A stretch of DNA of 42,786 nt from a virus (IMGVR_UViG_3300048579_000050:1-42786), one strand, 5' to 3'. Numbered from the stretch's first letter, positions 35,322-42,786 are shown. The notes: a model not told the origin generated them from the sequence alone. Translations and numbers: made by a program.

Positions 35322-35749
35322 CAGTTCAGCCTCCCGAACATGCTTTGAAGATTCCAGATGTCGCGGCCCAACGCGGCGTCGGTTTGTTTCATCTCTGTGA
35401 TTGTCTGATAGGCGTACCAGACCGAAGTCCGCTCTCGGTTGAACGCTGCGGCGATCTCGGTGTTTTGAAGGCTGGTTAATCGTCGGCACAGAAATAGCGC
35501 AACGATGCGCGCCCGGCAGACGAGTTTTGTTCGAACGCGCGAAACCAGATGGCCGCCGGGAAGTTGATAATAATCCGTCACCGCCGCGATAATCTCCTGC
35601 GGCGACGGGTCGTAGATGATCCCGTTCTGCCACGGCTCGTTACCGAGCATTCCTGTGATCCGGCGATTGAAGGATTTCGGTTCGTAACGCCAAGGAGGCG
35701 CCGGCCGATGGCATTGGATCAATCGTTCCAGCAACGGATCGGCCATCAT
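35321..35749 (-). CDS. DnaA C-terminal (domain IV) HTH-only protein
   Basis: EIIAAVTDYY...SRVRTKLVCRARIVALFLCRRLTSLQNTEIAAAFNRERTSVWYAYQTI parallels DnaA domain IV; ATGA-coupled start at 35749. Confidence 0.85.
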   Translation of the reverse strand: MMADPLLERLIQCHRPAPPWRYEPKSFNRRITGMLGNEPWQNGIIYDPSPQEIIAAVTDYYQLPGGHLVSRVRTKLVCRARIVALFLCRRLTSLQNTEIAAAFNRERTSVWYAYQTITEMKQTDAALGRDIWNLQSMFGRLN

Positions 35750-36345
35750 CGCGGCCTCGCATTGCGAACACGGGCCTCGACCGGCTTGTAAACAATCATG
35801 CAATGATCGGGGCACCACGAATGATTCGATTCGCGCGGATTGCCACAGAATGTGAACGGCCCATCCCCGTAGGCATAGCGGCACATGTCCCGCTCCAGTT
35901 GATCGAACGAGACGTTGACCGGAACAATATCGGCCTTGCGGACATTGAACTTGACGGGGGCGAACGTCGGTATGCCGCGCGGTGACGTTCGCGTGCGTGG
36001 CGGCTTTTTCTGGCGTTCTTTCCTCGGGCCGCGCTTTTTCATCAACCCAGCACGGTAAAGAACGCCGGCAACGAGGCTTCGGCTTGCCTCGATTTCGTCG
36101 GCTATCTTCGCCAAACTGTAGCCGTCCGCCTGCATTTCGATTATGCGGGCGTTGCGGGCGACGTTTTCCGCGCCACACTTTCTGGTCTGCTGCAACCCAA
36201 ATCGCGGCAAGTTCAGCTTTCTGATATACGACCCGGCCGAGGACGGATCGATATGCAGTATCCTAGCCATCTCATCGCGCGATGAGGCGATGATCCTTGC
36301 CGCCGTGATTTCGGCAATGCGCTTTTGGCTTAGTTCGATTGCCAT
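35746..36345 (-). CDS. gcrA: GcrA-family cell-cycle regulator homologue
   Basis: DGYSLAKIADEI..SRSLVAGVLYRAGL HTH; C-terminal L...CRY.YGD...FCG......WCPDH..IVY motif; extra N-terminal HTH. Confidence 0.85.
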   Translation of the reverse strand: MAIELSQKRIAEITAARIIASSRDEMARILHIDPSSAGSYIRKLNLPRFGLQQTRKCGAENVARNARIIEMQADGYSLAKIADEIEASRSLVAGVLYRAGLMKKRGPRKERQKKPPRTRTSPRGIPTFAPVKFNVRKADIVPVNVSFDQLERDMCRYAYGDGPFTFCGNPRESNHSWCPDHCMIVYKPVEARVRNARPR

Positions 36346-36378
36346 TTGCCCCTCGTGCTTGCGGCCCCTCAGCCGCAG

Positions 36379-36765
36379 TTAGTCGTCTCGGTTATCTCTG
36401 GCGCGATCCAGACCGCGAATCTGATGCAGCGCGTAGCGAGCGCGATCAATTTCCTCGCGAAAGAAAGCCTCGTCAGTGTGCTCCAGCCTTGCAATGAGGC
36501 TTTCCAGTTGCCGCGCATGTTGAAGGGCTTCCTCGCGAGCTTCGGCGGCTGCGGTTTTCACGCGCTCGCCTATTGAGAATTTCGGATCGGTCACTTCGCC
36601 GTGGAATAACGCCTTGATCTGACGCCAGCCGACGCCGCAACGCTTGGCGCCGCGTGCGAACCAGGATTCGCGCGTGTCGGTTTCGAGCCTTGGCCCGCAA
36701 ACCCAGACAACCTCGCGTCTCCAATCCGTCTGAATTGTCGTCATTCTGTCCGGCTTCGCGTCCAT
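36379..36765 (-). CDS. CII-like / phage regulatory protein
   Basis: DTRESWFARGAKRCGVGWRQIKALFHGE; position downstream of cro. Confidence 0.6.
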   Translation of the reverse strand: MDAKPDRMTTIQTDWRREVVWVCGPRLETDTRESWFARGAKRCGVGWRQIKALFHGEVTDPKFSIGERVKTAAAEAREEALQHARQLESLIARLEHTDEAFFREEIDRARYALHQIRGLDRARDNRDD

Positions 36766-36889
36766 TCGGCTGGCTCCATGTGCTTTGTTAAGCTTATGGA
36801 GTACGCGCCCCTTCGATTAACCCCTTACGCACTCAGGACCGATCTCGTGCGCCGTGTCACCGGCGCGGCGAGCAACATCGCTTACTTGA

Positions 36890-36940
36890 ATAAAAGCGGT
36901 GCATTGGCGCACCGAGTTGGCGCGGCCGGGAGGGCAGACG
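36890..36940 (-). ncRNA. Possible suhB/alpha-r8-like small RNA, or a tR1-type terminator
   Basis: On the - strand: CCCTCCC...AACT-CGGTGC-loop-GCACCG-CTTTT. Confidence 0.3.
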
Positions 36941-37028
36941 CGCGGGAAAGGATCGGCCGAGCGGAGACTGGCAACCCCGCCCGGCCTGCCGTATCCGGCG
37001 GGGAGACTGAATAACCGCCGAATTGTGA

Positions 37029-37139
37029 TTAATCGTCATCGTCGAAATCCATGACCGGCGTGATGTGGGCCAGATACAGAATGACGGCCAAGCTAAAGAG
37101 GCAGAGGCCGCCGATGATGAGGATGAGCGTGAGCATCAC
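37029..37139 (-). CDS. Small membrane peptide
   Basis: MLTLILIIGGLCLFSLAVILYLAHITPVMDFDDDD; GTGA overlap with the cro stop. Confidence 0.5.
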   Translation of the reverse strand: MMLTLILIIGGLCLFSLAVILYLAHITPVMDFDDDD

Positions 37140-37336
37140 GACATGCCCCACAACGAGGGTGGGGCTTGCAGATCGTGCCTGCGCAATTCGTCGTTCAGCG
37201 CAAGATAGGTGTTTGCCGGGAACTTCCCGATGGCGCGCCAGTTATGCGCTGCGTTGTAGGTCCGGCCCGTCAGCTCAGCGACCCGTTGGTTGCCGAGGGC
37301 ATCCATGACCTCGATTGTGGAGCGCAGTTCTCTCAT
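37136..37336 (-). CDS. cro: Cro-like repressor
   Basis: DALGNQRVAELTGRTYNAAHNWR..GKFP HTH; divergent from cI; probable start at 37336. Confidence 0.8.
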   Translation of the reverse strand: MRELRSTIEVMDALGNQRVAELTGRTYNAAHNWRAIGKFPANTYLALNDELRRHDLQAPPSLWGMS

Positions 37337-37342
37337 GGGCCA

Positions 37343-37373
37343 TAGTAATAACCCAAGTATTTTGGGAATGCAA
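37343..37373 (-). promoter_or_regulatory. pR-like promoter with operator CCCAA-N5-TTGGG
   Basis: TTGCATTCCCAAAATACTTGG on the - strand; palindrome at 37352-37366; near-identical to 38029-38049. Confidence 0.75.
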
Positions 37374-37427
37374 GCCCCCAAGAAACCCGAATTTCAAAGT
37401 TCCCCAAGAATTTCTTATAAGGGGGTC

Positions 37428-37721
37428 ATGGGGCGGCCGATTAAAAATATGCCGGAACCGGGCACGTCAGCAGACCGTGCCCGCAGGATTCGCGAGGCGA
37501 TGAACTACAAGACCCAAAAAGGGTTTGCCAAGCGATACGGCTTCTCGGGCAATCAGTGGAGCAATTACGAAAACGGCTCCCCGATCAGCCGGATTGCCGC
37601 TCAATCCTTGGCCAGACAAATCCCAGGATTGTCGGTCGGCTGGATTTTGGAGAACGAAACCGGCTCCCTATCGCTAGAGATGGCCCGCAGGCTCGGTGTC
37701 CTGCCCCCTGACGCGGTTTGA
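37428..37721 (+). CDS. cI: CI-like XRE-family repressor (HTH only, no S24 peptidase domain)
   Basis: RARRIREAMNYKTQKGFAKRYGFSGNQWSNYENG...GLSVGWI; flanked by matching operators. Confidence 0.8.
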   Translation: MGRPIKNMPEPGTSADRARRIREAMNYKTQKGFAKRYGFSGNQWSNYENGSPISRIAAQSLARQIPGLSVGWILENETGSLSLEMARRLGVLPPDAV

Positions 37722-37909
37722 TCACCTAGGAAGCCGTCCAGTAGCTCCCTTGCGAAATAAAGCACCCTGTGGGCCTCCGCAGGGCATTCGGGCAACTGCG
37801 TTACGATTTCAAGGGCACGGCGGCGCAAAGACAATTCCCGGTATGGCATTGCTGGCCTCTGTTCTTGCTGTGTTCTAGACTTATAGGCCCCCATTCCTAT
37901 ATTGTCCAT
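37601..37909 (-). CDS. Hypothetical protein convergent with the repressor
   Basis: RRRALEIVTQLPECPAEAHRVLYFARELL; overlaps the cI 3' end; boundaries uncertain. Confidence 0.4.
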   Translation of the reverse strand: MDNIGMGAYKSRTQQEQRPAMPYRELSLRRRALEIVTQLPECPAEAHRVLYFARELLDGFLGDQTASGGRTPSLRAISSDREPVSFSKIQPTDNPGICLAKD

Positions 37910-38028
37910 ATATTCCCACCACCTTCCCGCAAATTCAGTATGCCGAAAAATTTATAGTTGCATACGGGACCGCCCCCCCCCTGCGGCGTCCTGCCGCACC
38001 GTTATCCAAACTTTTTTGATATGAGGGG

Positions 38029-38057
38029 TTGCATTCCCAAAAAACTTGGATTAGTCT
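38029..38057 (+). promoter_or_regulatory. pL-like promoter with operator CCCAA-N5-TTGGA
   Basis: TTGCAT-17 nt-TAGTCT; operator 38036-38050 lies between -35 and -10. Confidence 0.75.
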
Positions 38058-38083
38058 CCAATCATCAGAACGGAGACGACGCC

Positions 38084-38296
38084 ATGACCTACCGCCGCAG
38101 CGCCCGCCAAGACTGGACAGTCGGAAACACCGTCAAGGTCGGCTTCCTGACCCTGAAGGTTCTCGCAAAGGTAGCGACGCCGGGAAACTACTTGCCCGAC
38201 CAGTATGCCCTCGAAGGCAACGGCCGCTTCTACAAATTCATTCCGCATAACGGCTTGGAGCGTTGCGCCTCGCTTGATGAAGCGATGGCTTGGTGA
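38084..38296 (+). CDS. Hypothetical early protein
   Basis: GGAG RBS; QDWTVGNTVKVGFL...ATPGNYLPD.Y...YKFIPHNGLER. Confidence 0.75.
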   Translation: MTYRRSARQDWTVGNTVKVGFLTLKVLAKVATPGNYLPDQYALEGNGRFYKFIPHNGLERCASLDEAMAW

Positions 38297-38301
38297 TCGT
38301 C

Positions 38302-38478
38302 ATGAACCCGCGCGTTACCGACAACGATCAAGGCGATATCACCGTGACGCTAGCCGGCGTCGAACTGCGCTGCTGGTCATATGCCAGCGAATCCGAGCGC
38401 CGGCAAAAGATGCTCATGGCTCGCGAATATGTCGAGGGCTACTGCGACGGGAGAGACAACGGAGACGACGCCAGATGA
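38302..38478 (+). CDS. Hypothetical early protein
   Basis: ELRCWSY...AREYVEGYCDG; coupled to the next gene. Confidence 0.65.
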   Translation: MNPRVTDNDQGDITVTLAGVELRCWSYASESERRQKMLMAREYVEGYCDGRDNGDDAR

Positions 38479-38738
38479 CCACTCCCCAGCCCGGACCCTG
38501 CGAACGCTACCGCACCCGCCTTGACGCCCATCTGGCCACGCTGCCGAACGACGCAGCCCGCCGCGCCTTCTGCGACCGAGAACACGCCAAGTGGGTCGAC
38601 CGCTACGAAAGCTTCCAGCGCGCGGTGGATCGAGGCGAGGACGTAGCCGGCGCAACCGCGTGGGATTTCCAAATCACGCTCTGCGACGTTGAGCACCGCC
38701 GCGCCAAGTACGGCCCCGCAATGCAGGCGGTGGCGTGA
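38475..38738 (+). CDS. Hypothetical early protein
   Basis: GGAG RBS; ATGA overlap. Confidence 0.65.
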   Translation: MTTPQPGPCERYRTRLDAHLATLPNDAARRAFCDREHAKWVDRYESFQRAVDRGEDVAGATAWDFQITLCDVEHRRAKYGPAMQAVA

Positions 38739-38740
38739 AC

Positions 38741-39658
38741 ATGGCGAAGGCCAGCAAGACCAAGCCGATCATTTCCTACAAGGGCCTCGACCCCGATTTC
38801 AAATGTCGCGGCTTTCAATTCGAGGTCGGCAAGACCTACAAGGCCGAAGGCAATATCAAAGCCTGCGAGAATGGCTTTCATGCCTGCGAAAACCCGTTCG
38901 ATGTTCTCAGCTATTACGAATTGCTGAACAGCGACGCAAAACTGAATCGTTTTGCTCTCGTTGAACAGTCAGGCGACCTCGACAAGCATCCCGAGGATAG
39001 CAAGATCGCATCAGCCGAAATCACGATCAAGGCAGAACTGAAACTGCCGGAATTTATACGAGCGGCGGTTGATTGGATTGTCAGTGCGACCAAGGGTAAG
39101 GGCGACAATCCGAGCGGCCACGGCGCACGGATCGGCAGCAGCGGCGACTCCGCACAGATCGGCAGCAGCGGCGACTACGCACAGATCGGCAGCAGCGGCG
39201 ACTACGCACGGATCGGCAGCAGCGGCGACTCCGCACAGATCGGCAGCAGCGGCTACGACGCACGGATCGGCAGCAGCGGCGACTCCGCACAGATCGGCAG
39301 CAGCGGCGACTACGCACAGATCGGCAGCAGCGGCGACTACGCACAGATCGGCAGCAGCGGCGACTACGCACAGATCGGCAGCAGCGGCGACTCCGCACAG
39401 ATCGGCAGCAGCGGCTACGACGCACGGATCGGCAGCAGCGGCCACGGCGCACGGATCGTTTCGGAGGGCAAAGACGCGGTTATCGCCTGTGCCGGGGTGG
39501 GGTCAACCTTTTCCGGCCAAGACGGCGCGCATGTCGCGCTTGCTGAATACGGAAGCGACGGCAAGTGCGTCGGGTTCGCTACCGGATGCATCGGTAAGGG
39601 CGGATTGAAGGCTGGCGTCGTTTATTGCGCCAATGGCGGCAAGCTTGTGGAGGCCTAA
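38741..39658 (+). CDS. DUF7666-like phage protein with 9-residue GSSGxxAxI repeats
   Basis: YKG.D.DFKCRGFQFEVGKTY...CENGFHACENPFDVLSYY; 12 full repeats; C-terminal GLKAGVVY. Confidence 0.8.
   Translation: MAKASKTKPIISYKGLDPDFKCRGFQFEVGKTYKAEGNIKACENGFHACENPFDVLSYYELLNSDAKLNRFALVEQSGDLDKHPEDSKIASAEITIKAELKLPEFIRAAVDWIVSATKGKGDNPSGHGARIGSSGDSAQIGSSGDYAQIGSSGDYARIGSSGDSAQIGSSGYDARIGSSGDSAQIGSSGDYAQIGSSGDYAQIGSSGDYAQIGSSGDSAQIGSSGYDARIGSSGHGARIVSEGKDAVIACAGVGSTFSGQDGAHVALAEYGSDGKCVGFATGCIGKGGLKAGVVYCANGGKLVEA
39134..39457 (+). repeat. 12 x 27-nt coding tandem repeat
   Basis: GGCAGCAGCGGC-NNC-NNC-GCA-CRG-ATC; partial copy from 39113. Confidence 0.95.
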
Positions 39659-39659
39659 C

Positions 39660-39758
39660 ATGGAAATCGAGCATCTATCCGCACTCATCAACGCGATGGT
39701 TTCGGCGACTGTGTTTATGGGCTGCATCGTTTTGGTCGCGGCATTCTGGCTGCACTAA
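39660..39758 (+). CDS. Small membrane peptide
   Basis: GGAGG RBS; MEIEHLSALINAMVSATVFMGCIVLVAAFWLH. Confidence 0.5.
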   Translation: MEIEHLSALINAMVSATVFMGCIVLVAAFWLH

Positions 39759-39759
39759 A

Positions 39760-39963
39760 ATGAACATCGCTCAAGCCATCAAGCGCCACGAGGATTTAGC
39801 CTTTTGGTTTGCCCGAATAGGCAAAGCGAAGGCCGCACGGGCAGAGCTTTTGCGGGTCGATCAACTCAAGAAGCTCCGCGAATTAAAGCGCAAGAACCCG
39901 ACATACCGAATGTTTGACGACTCGGTGAACGACATTGACGACTGCACGGAGGTTTATCGATGA
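39760..39963 (+). CDS. Hypothetical protein
   Basis: MNIAQAIKRHEDLAFWF...; ATGA overlap with erf. Confidence 0.55.
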   Translation: MNIAQAIKRHEDLAFWFARIGKAKAARAELLRVDQLKKLRELKRKNPTYRMFDDSVNDIDDCTEVYR

Positions 39964-40694
39964 ACCAAGTAGCGCGCAAAGACCCGGAGGCCGTCCCGGT
40001 CACGCAGTCGGAGGCGTCGGCCTTTGTCAGCATGATCGAACGGGCGGCCAGAGACCCGGCTGTCGATATGGATAAGCTGGAACGTCTGTTGGCGATGAAG
40101 GAACGCCAAGAGACCCGCGTTGCCGAGCAGGCGTTTGCCGAGGCGATGACCAAGGCTCAATCCGAAATGCGCGCGGTTGCCGCCGACGCAAGCAATGCGC
40201 AGACCCGCAGCAAATATGCCTCCTACATGGCGCTCGATAAGGCCACGCGCCCGATCTATACGAAGCACGGCTTTGCCCTGTCCTTCACGACCGGCGAAGC
40301 TGCCGCCGATCATATCCTGATCGTCTGCGACGTGTCGCATTCCTCCGGTCACACCCGCCGCTATTCCGTCCCCATGCCGGCCGATGGCAAGGGCGCAAAG
40401 GGTGGCGACGTGATGACCAAGACGCACGCGGTCGGCGCCGCCATGAGCTACGGCCAGCGCTACCTCTTGAAGATGATCTTCAACATCGCGATTGGCGACG
40501 ACACAGACGGCAACGATGTCAGCGGGGCCATTACCGAGAAACAAGGCGAGATTATCAGCGCCCTAATTGTTGAGGCCAACGCAGATATTGCACGCTTCCT
40601 AAAATGGGTCGGGGCCGAAAGTATCAGCGATATCCCGGCCAAGAAGTTCAATGCCGCCGTCGCCATGCTGGAAACCAAAAAGAGGGCCAAATGA
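39960..40694 (+). CDS. erf: ERF-family single-strand annealing protein
   Basis: DMDKLERLL, SKYA, KHGFALSF, HSSGH, GAAMSYGQRY, DTDG motifs. Confidence 0.92.
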   Translation: MNQVARKDPEAVPVTQSEASAFVSMIERAARDPAVDMDKLERLLAMKERQETRVAEQAFAEAMTKAQSEMRAVAADASNAQTRSKYASYMALDKATRPIYTKHGFALSFTTGEAAADHILIVCDVSHSSGHTRRYSVPMPADGKGAKGGDVMTKTHAVGAAMSYGQRYLLKMIFNIAIGDDTDGNDVSGAITEKQGEIISALIVEANADIARFLKWVGAESISDIPAKKFNAAVAMLETKKRAK

Positions 40695-41320
40695 TTGAGC
40701 AGGGCACCGATGAGTGGAAACAGCAGCGTCTTGGTAAGGTAACTGCTTCGCGTATCGCGGACGTAACAGCCAGGATCAAAAGCGGATGGGGCGCGAGCCG
40801 CGCCAACTACATGGCTGAGCTTTTGGTTGAACGCCTCACCGGCATCCCGACCGATTGTTATGTAAACGCCGCGATGCAATGGGGCACCGAACAGGAACCG
40901 CTCGCCCGCTCCGCATACGAATTTTTGCAAGACTGCACCGTTGATCCTGTTGGCTTTGTCGATCACCCGACGATTCCGATGTCGGGAGCGTCCCCGGATG
41001 GGCTGATCGGCACTGACGGCTTGGTTGAAATCAAGTGCCCAATCACCGCGACACACATCGAAACGCTTCAGGGCGCATCCGTCCCCGGAAAATATATCGG
41101 GCAAATTCAATGGCAACTCGCCTGCACCGGCCGCGCCTGGTGCGACTGGGTTTCATTTGACCCCAGAATGCCGGCGTCAATGCAGTTGTTCGTTCAGCGG
41201 GTCGAGCGCAACGACAAGTTGATCGCAGAGATAGAAAAGATCGTAGTCGATTTTCTGGCTGAACTGGACGCCAAGATTGAAGCCCTGACGGAACGCTACG
41301 AACAGAAGGAAGCTGCATAA
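40691..41320 (+). CDS. YqaJ / lambda exonuclease-family protein
   Basis: QGTDEWKQQRLGKVTAS, AMQWGTEQEPLAR, GASPDGL, EIKCP, QIQWQL; start at 40691. Confidence 0.93.
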   Translation: MIEQGTDEWKQQRLGKVTASRIADVTARIKSGWGASRANYMAELLVERLTGIPTDCYVNAAMQWGTEQEPLARSAYEFLQDCTVDPVGFVDHPTIPMSGASPDGLIGTDGLVEIKCPITATHIETLQGASVPGKYIGQIQWQLACTGRAWCDWVSFDPRMPASMQLFVQRVERNDKLIAEIEKIVVDFLAELDAKIEALTERYEQKEAA

Positions 41321-41589
41321 TGGCTACCCGTTACAACGTAATCGTTGCCCGACCCGGCAAGGACGACAAGACATTCTGGCACCGCATTGGAACGGCGTGG
41401 CCGCGCGACAATGGCGGCGTGTCCGTCACGCTCGATTCGCTGCCGATCCCCGGCAAGGACGGCAAGGTCTCGTTCCTGATTGTCGATGCCGACAAGGACG
41501 GTAAGGCCGCGCAACCCGCGAAGCCATCTCAGTCTGGCGGCGGCGCGGACATGTCCGATGAAATCCCATTCAGTGCTGAGTTTCGATGA
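41320..41589 (+). CDS. Small SSB-like (DUF736-like) protein
   Basis: KTFWHRIGTAW...LDSLP; acidic DEIPF tail. Confidence 0.7.
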   Translation: MATRYNVIVARPGKDDKTFWHRIGTAWPRDNGGVSVTLDSLPIPGKDGKVSFLIVDADKDGKAAQPAKPSQSGGGADMSDEIPFSAEFR

Positions 41590-41969
41590 GCCGCGCACTT
41601 ATCATATGCGATAGCGCGGCCAGACGCGAACAGGCCGCCGCATGGGCGCTCAAAGCCCCCATCGGCACCCGTATCGAGTTCAAGGAAGCGAAGCGGTCAA
41701 CCGAACAGAATGACCGCATGTGGGCCATGCTGACAGACATCGCACGTCAACTCACGCACCACGGCGAGAGATACGACGCGGAGGAATGGAAGCTTTTGTT
41801 TCTGGACGCGCTCAATCGGGAATGTCGCGTGGCGCCTTCGCTTGAAGGGTCTGGCTTGGTCAATCTCAGGCGGTCGTCTGACCTATCGAAAGCGGAAATG
41901 TCGGACATGATCGAGATCATCGCGGCGTGGGGCGCAAAGCACGGAGTGAAATTCGGGGACGATGAATGA
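41586..41969 (+). CDS. ninB: NinB/Orf-family recombination protein
   Basis: KRSTEQNDRMWAMLTDIARQ...EEWK...SSDLSKAEMSDMIE...GVKF. Confidence 0.9.
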   Translation: MSRALIICDSAARREQAAAWALKAPIGTRIEFKEAKRSTEQNDRMWAMLTDIARQLTHHGERYDAEEWKLLFLDALNRECRVAPSLEGSGLVNLRRSSDLSKAEMSDMIEIIAAWGAKHGVKFGDDE

Positions 41970-42288
41970 ACCGGTTATCCCAGAACGGCGAAAGCCCCTT
42001 ACTCGAAAGCAACGCCTCGACGCGCACGATAGGGAGGGCGGAACTTGCTGCGTTTGTTTGGAGAGGATTCCGCCCGGCGAGCCGTTCATTGACGAACATA
42101 TCATCCCCCTCGGTCTTGGTGGTTCGAATGATAATTCTAACCGAGGCATCGCTCATATCCAATGCGCGAAGATAAAGACGCGGCGGGATCAGAACATGAT
42201 CGCAAAGGCAATTCGGATGCGAGCGAAACACTTGGGGATCAAGAAGCGAACCGGACGGAAGATTCAATCGCGCGGCTTTGCGCGCTAG
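41962..42288 (+). CDS. HNH endonuclease-family protein
   Basis: CCVC...DEHIIPLGLGGSNDNSN...H..CAKIKT. Confidence 0.85.
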   Translation: MNEPVIPERRKPLTRKQRLDAHDREGGTCCVCLERIPPGEPFIDEHIIPLGLGGSNDNSNRGIAHIQCAKIKTRRDQNMIAKAIRMRAKHLGIKKRTGRKIQSRGFAR

Positions 42289-42301
42289 CTGGGGATTAAC
42301 G

Positions 42302-42786
42302 ATGGGAAAGAAAATAACCAAGCTAACGCAGCCACAAGAAAAACGCCTTGTCGAATTTTGCGAAGAATGGCTCGCGCATGGTCTTTGCTGCGAACCGGCC
42401 GACTTTGATACGGGCGATAGAATTATTTGCGAGTTCTATCGCCGGATAGGAAAACCAACCCCAATCATTCTGCATTTCTCATCGCCAATGATGTGCGAAC
42501 TAGCAGTCAATTTTGTGTTTGCTGCGCTGAGAAACGGCAGCCAACTCAGCGGCCAACTCTACAGCCAACTCCGCATCCAACTCGACAGCCAACTCGACAG
42601 CCAACTCCGCAGCCAACTCTACAGCCAACTCGACAGCCAACTCGACAGCCAACTCAGCAGCCAACTCGACAGCCAACTCCGCAGCCAACTCGACAGCCAA
42701 CTCCGCAGCCAACTCGACAGCCAACTCGACAGCCAACTCCGCAGCCAACTCTACAGCCAACTCGACAGCCAACTCGACAGCCAACT
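42302..42786 (+). CDS. DUF6745-like protein with SQLx tetrapeptide repeats (partial, runs off the window end)
   Basis: Hand-translated MGKKITKLTQPQEKRLVEFCEEWLAHGLCCEPADF...SSP...SQLDSQLRSQLY; no stop before the window end. Confidence 0.75.
   Translation, partial: MGKKITKLTQPQEKRLVEFCEEWLAHGLCCEPADFDTGDRIICEFYRRIGKPTPIILHFSSPMMCELAVNFVFAALRNGSQLSGQLYSQLRIQLDSQLDSQLRSQLYSQLDSQLDSQLSSQLDSQLRSQLDSQLRSQLDSQLDSQLRSQLYSQLDSQLDSQ
42539..42786 (+). repeat. About 20.7 x 12-nt coding tandem repeat
   Basis: AGCCAACTC-(GAC/TAC/CGC/AGC). Confidence 0.95.

Larger units (their letters stand above)
1..42786. mobile_element. Temperate P22-like (podovirus-type) bacteriophage, near-complete, probably infecting an alphaproteobacterium
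   Basis: Terminase-portal-scaffold-capsid-tail tube-ejection protein order, no tape measure gene, lysis genes, CI/Cro switch, integrase, ERF/YqaJ recombination genes, GcrA homologue; no host housekeeping genes seen. Confidence 0.93.

Noticed and set aside
38002-38010. DnaA box-like TTATCCAAA near pL
   Set aside because: Single one-mismatch copy that overlaps an operator-like CCAA sequence; expected by chance
39011-39608. Alternative-frame ORFs (AAAADLC, RSAAAATT, RSRRCC repeats) and 42500-42784 (-)
   Set aside because: Shadows of stop-free tandem repeats; the + frames carry recognisable protein domains and start signals
42539-42786. CRISPR array or telomere-like repeat
   Set aside because: 12-nt in-frame coding tandem repeat with no unique spacers; no cas genes
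38741-42786. Diversity-generating retroelement
   Set aside because: No reverse transcriptase or separate TR/VR pair seen; many adenines in the repeats are invariant

Overview
The window is most of the genome of a temperate, P22-like (short-tailed) phage. The host is probably an alphaproteobacterium (GcrA homologue, roughly 60% GC by eye). Both ends fall inside genes, and the right end breaks in a 12-nt tandem repeat. Phage genes flank the xis/int/attP region on both sides, so this looks like the non-integrated form. Layout: (1) 1-4633 (+): small accessory ORFs, xis-int-attP and a Pol-beta-type nucleotidyltransferase. (2) 4630-32314 (-): the late operon, read right to left as terS/terL, portal, scaffold, capsid, adaptor and tail proteins, ejection proteins, fibres and carbohydrate-binding proteins, lysis genes, secreted enzymes and a phosphoesterase. 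(3) 32704-37336 (-): cro, CII-like, GcrA, a DnaA domain IV-only protein, a receiver-less OmpR/CtrA-like wHTH protein, RusA, the replication initiator and a Q-like regulator with late promoter and terminator. (4) 37428-42786 (+): repressor, early genes, ERF, YqaJ, SSB-like, NinB, HNH and two low-complexity repeat proteins. Two leads stand out. First, accessory genes appear to be delimited by a recurring short TAA-N7-TTAA-like junction motif, including exact direct repeats and a gene remnant, which resembles a mini-cassette array. Second, three translationally coupled genes resemble the alphaproteobacterial cell-cycle regulators GcrA, DnaA and CtrA. All protein calls come from motif recognition by eye; no searches were run.
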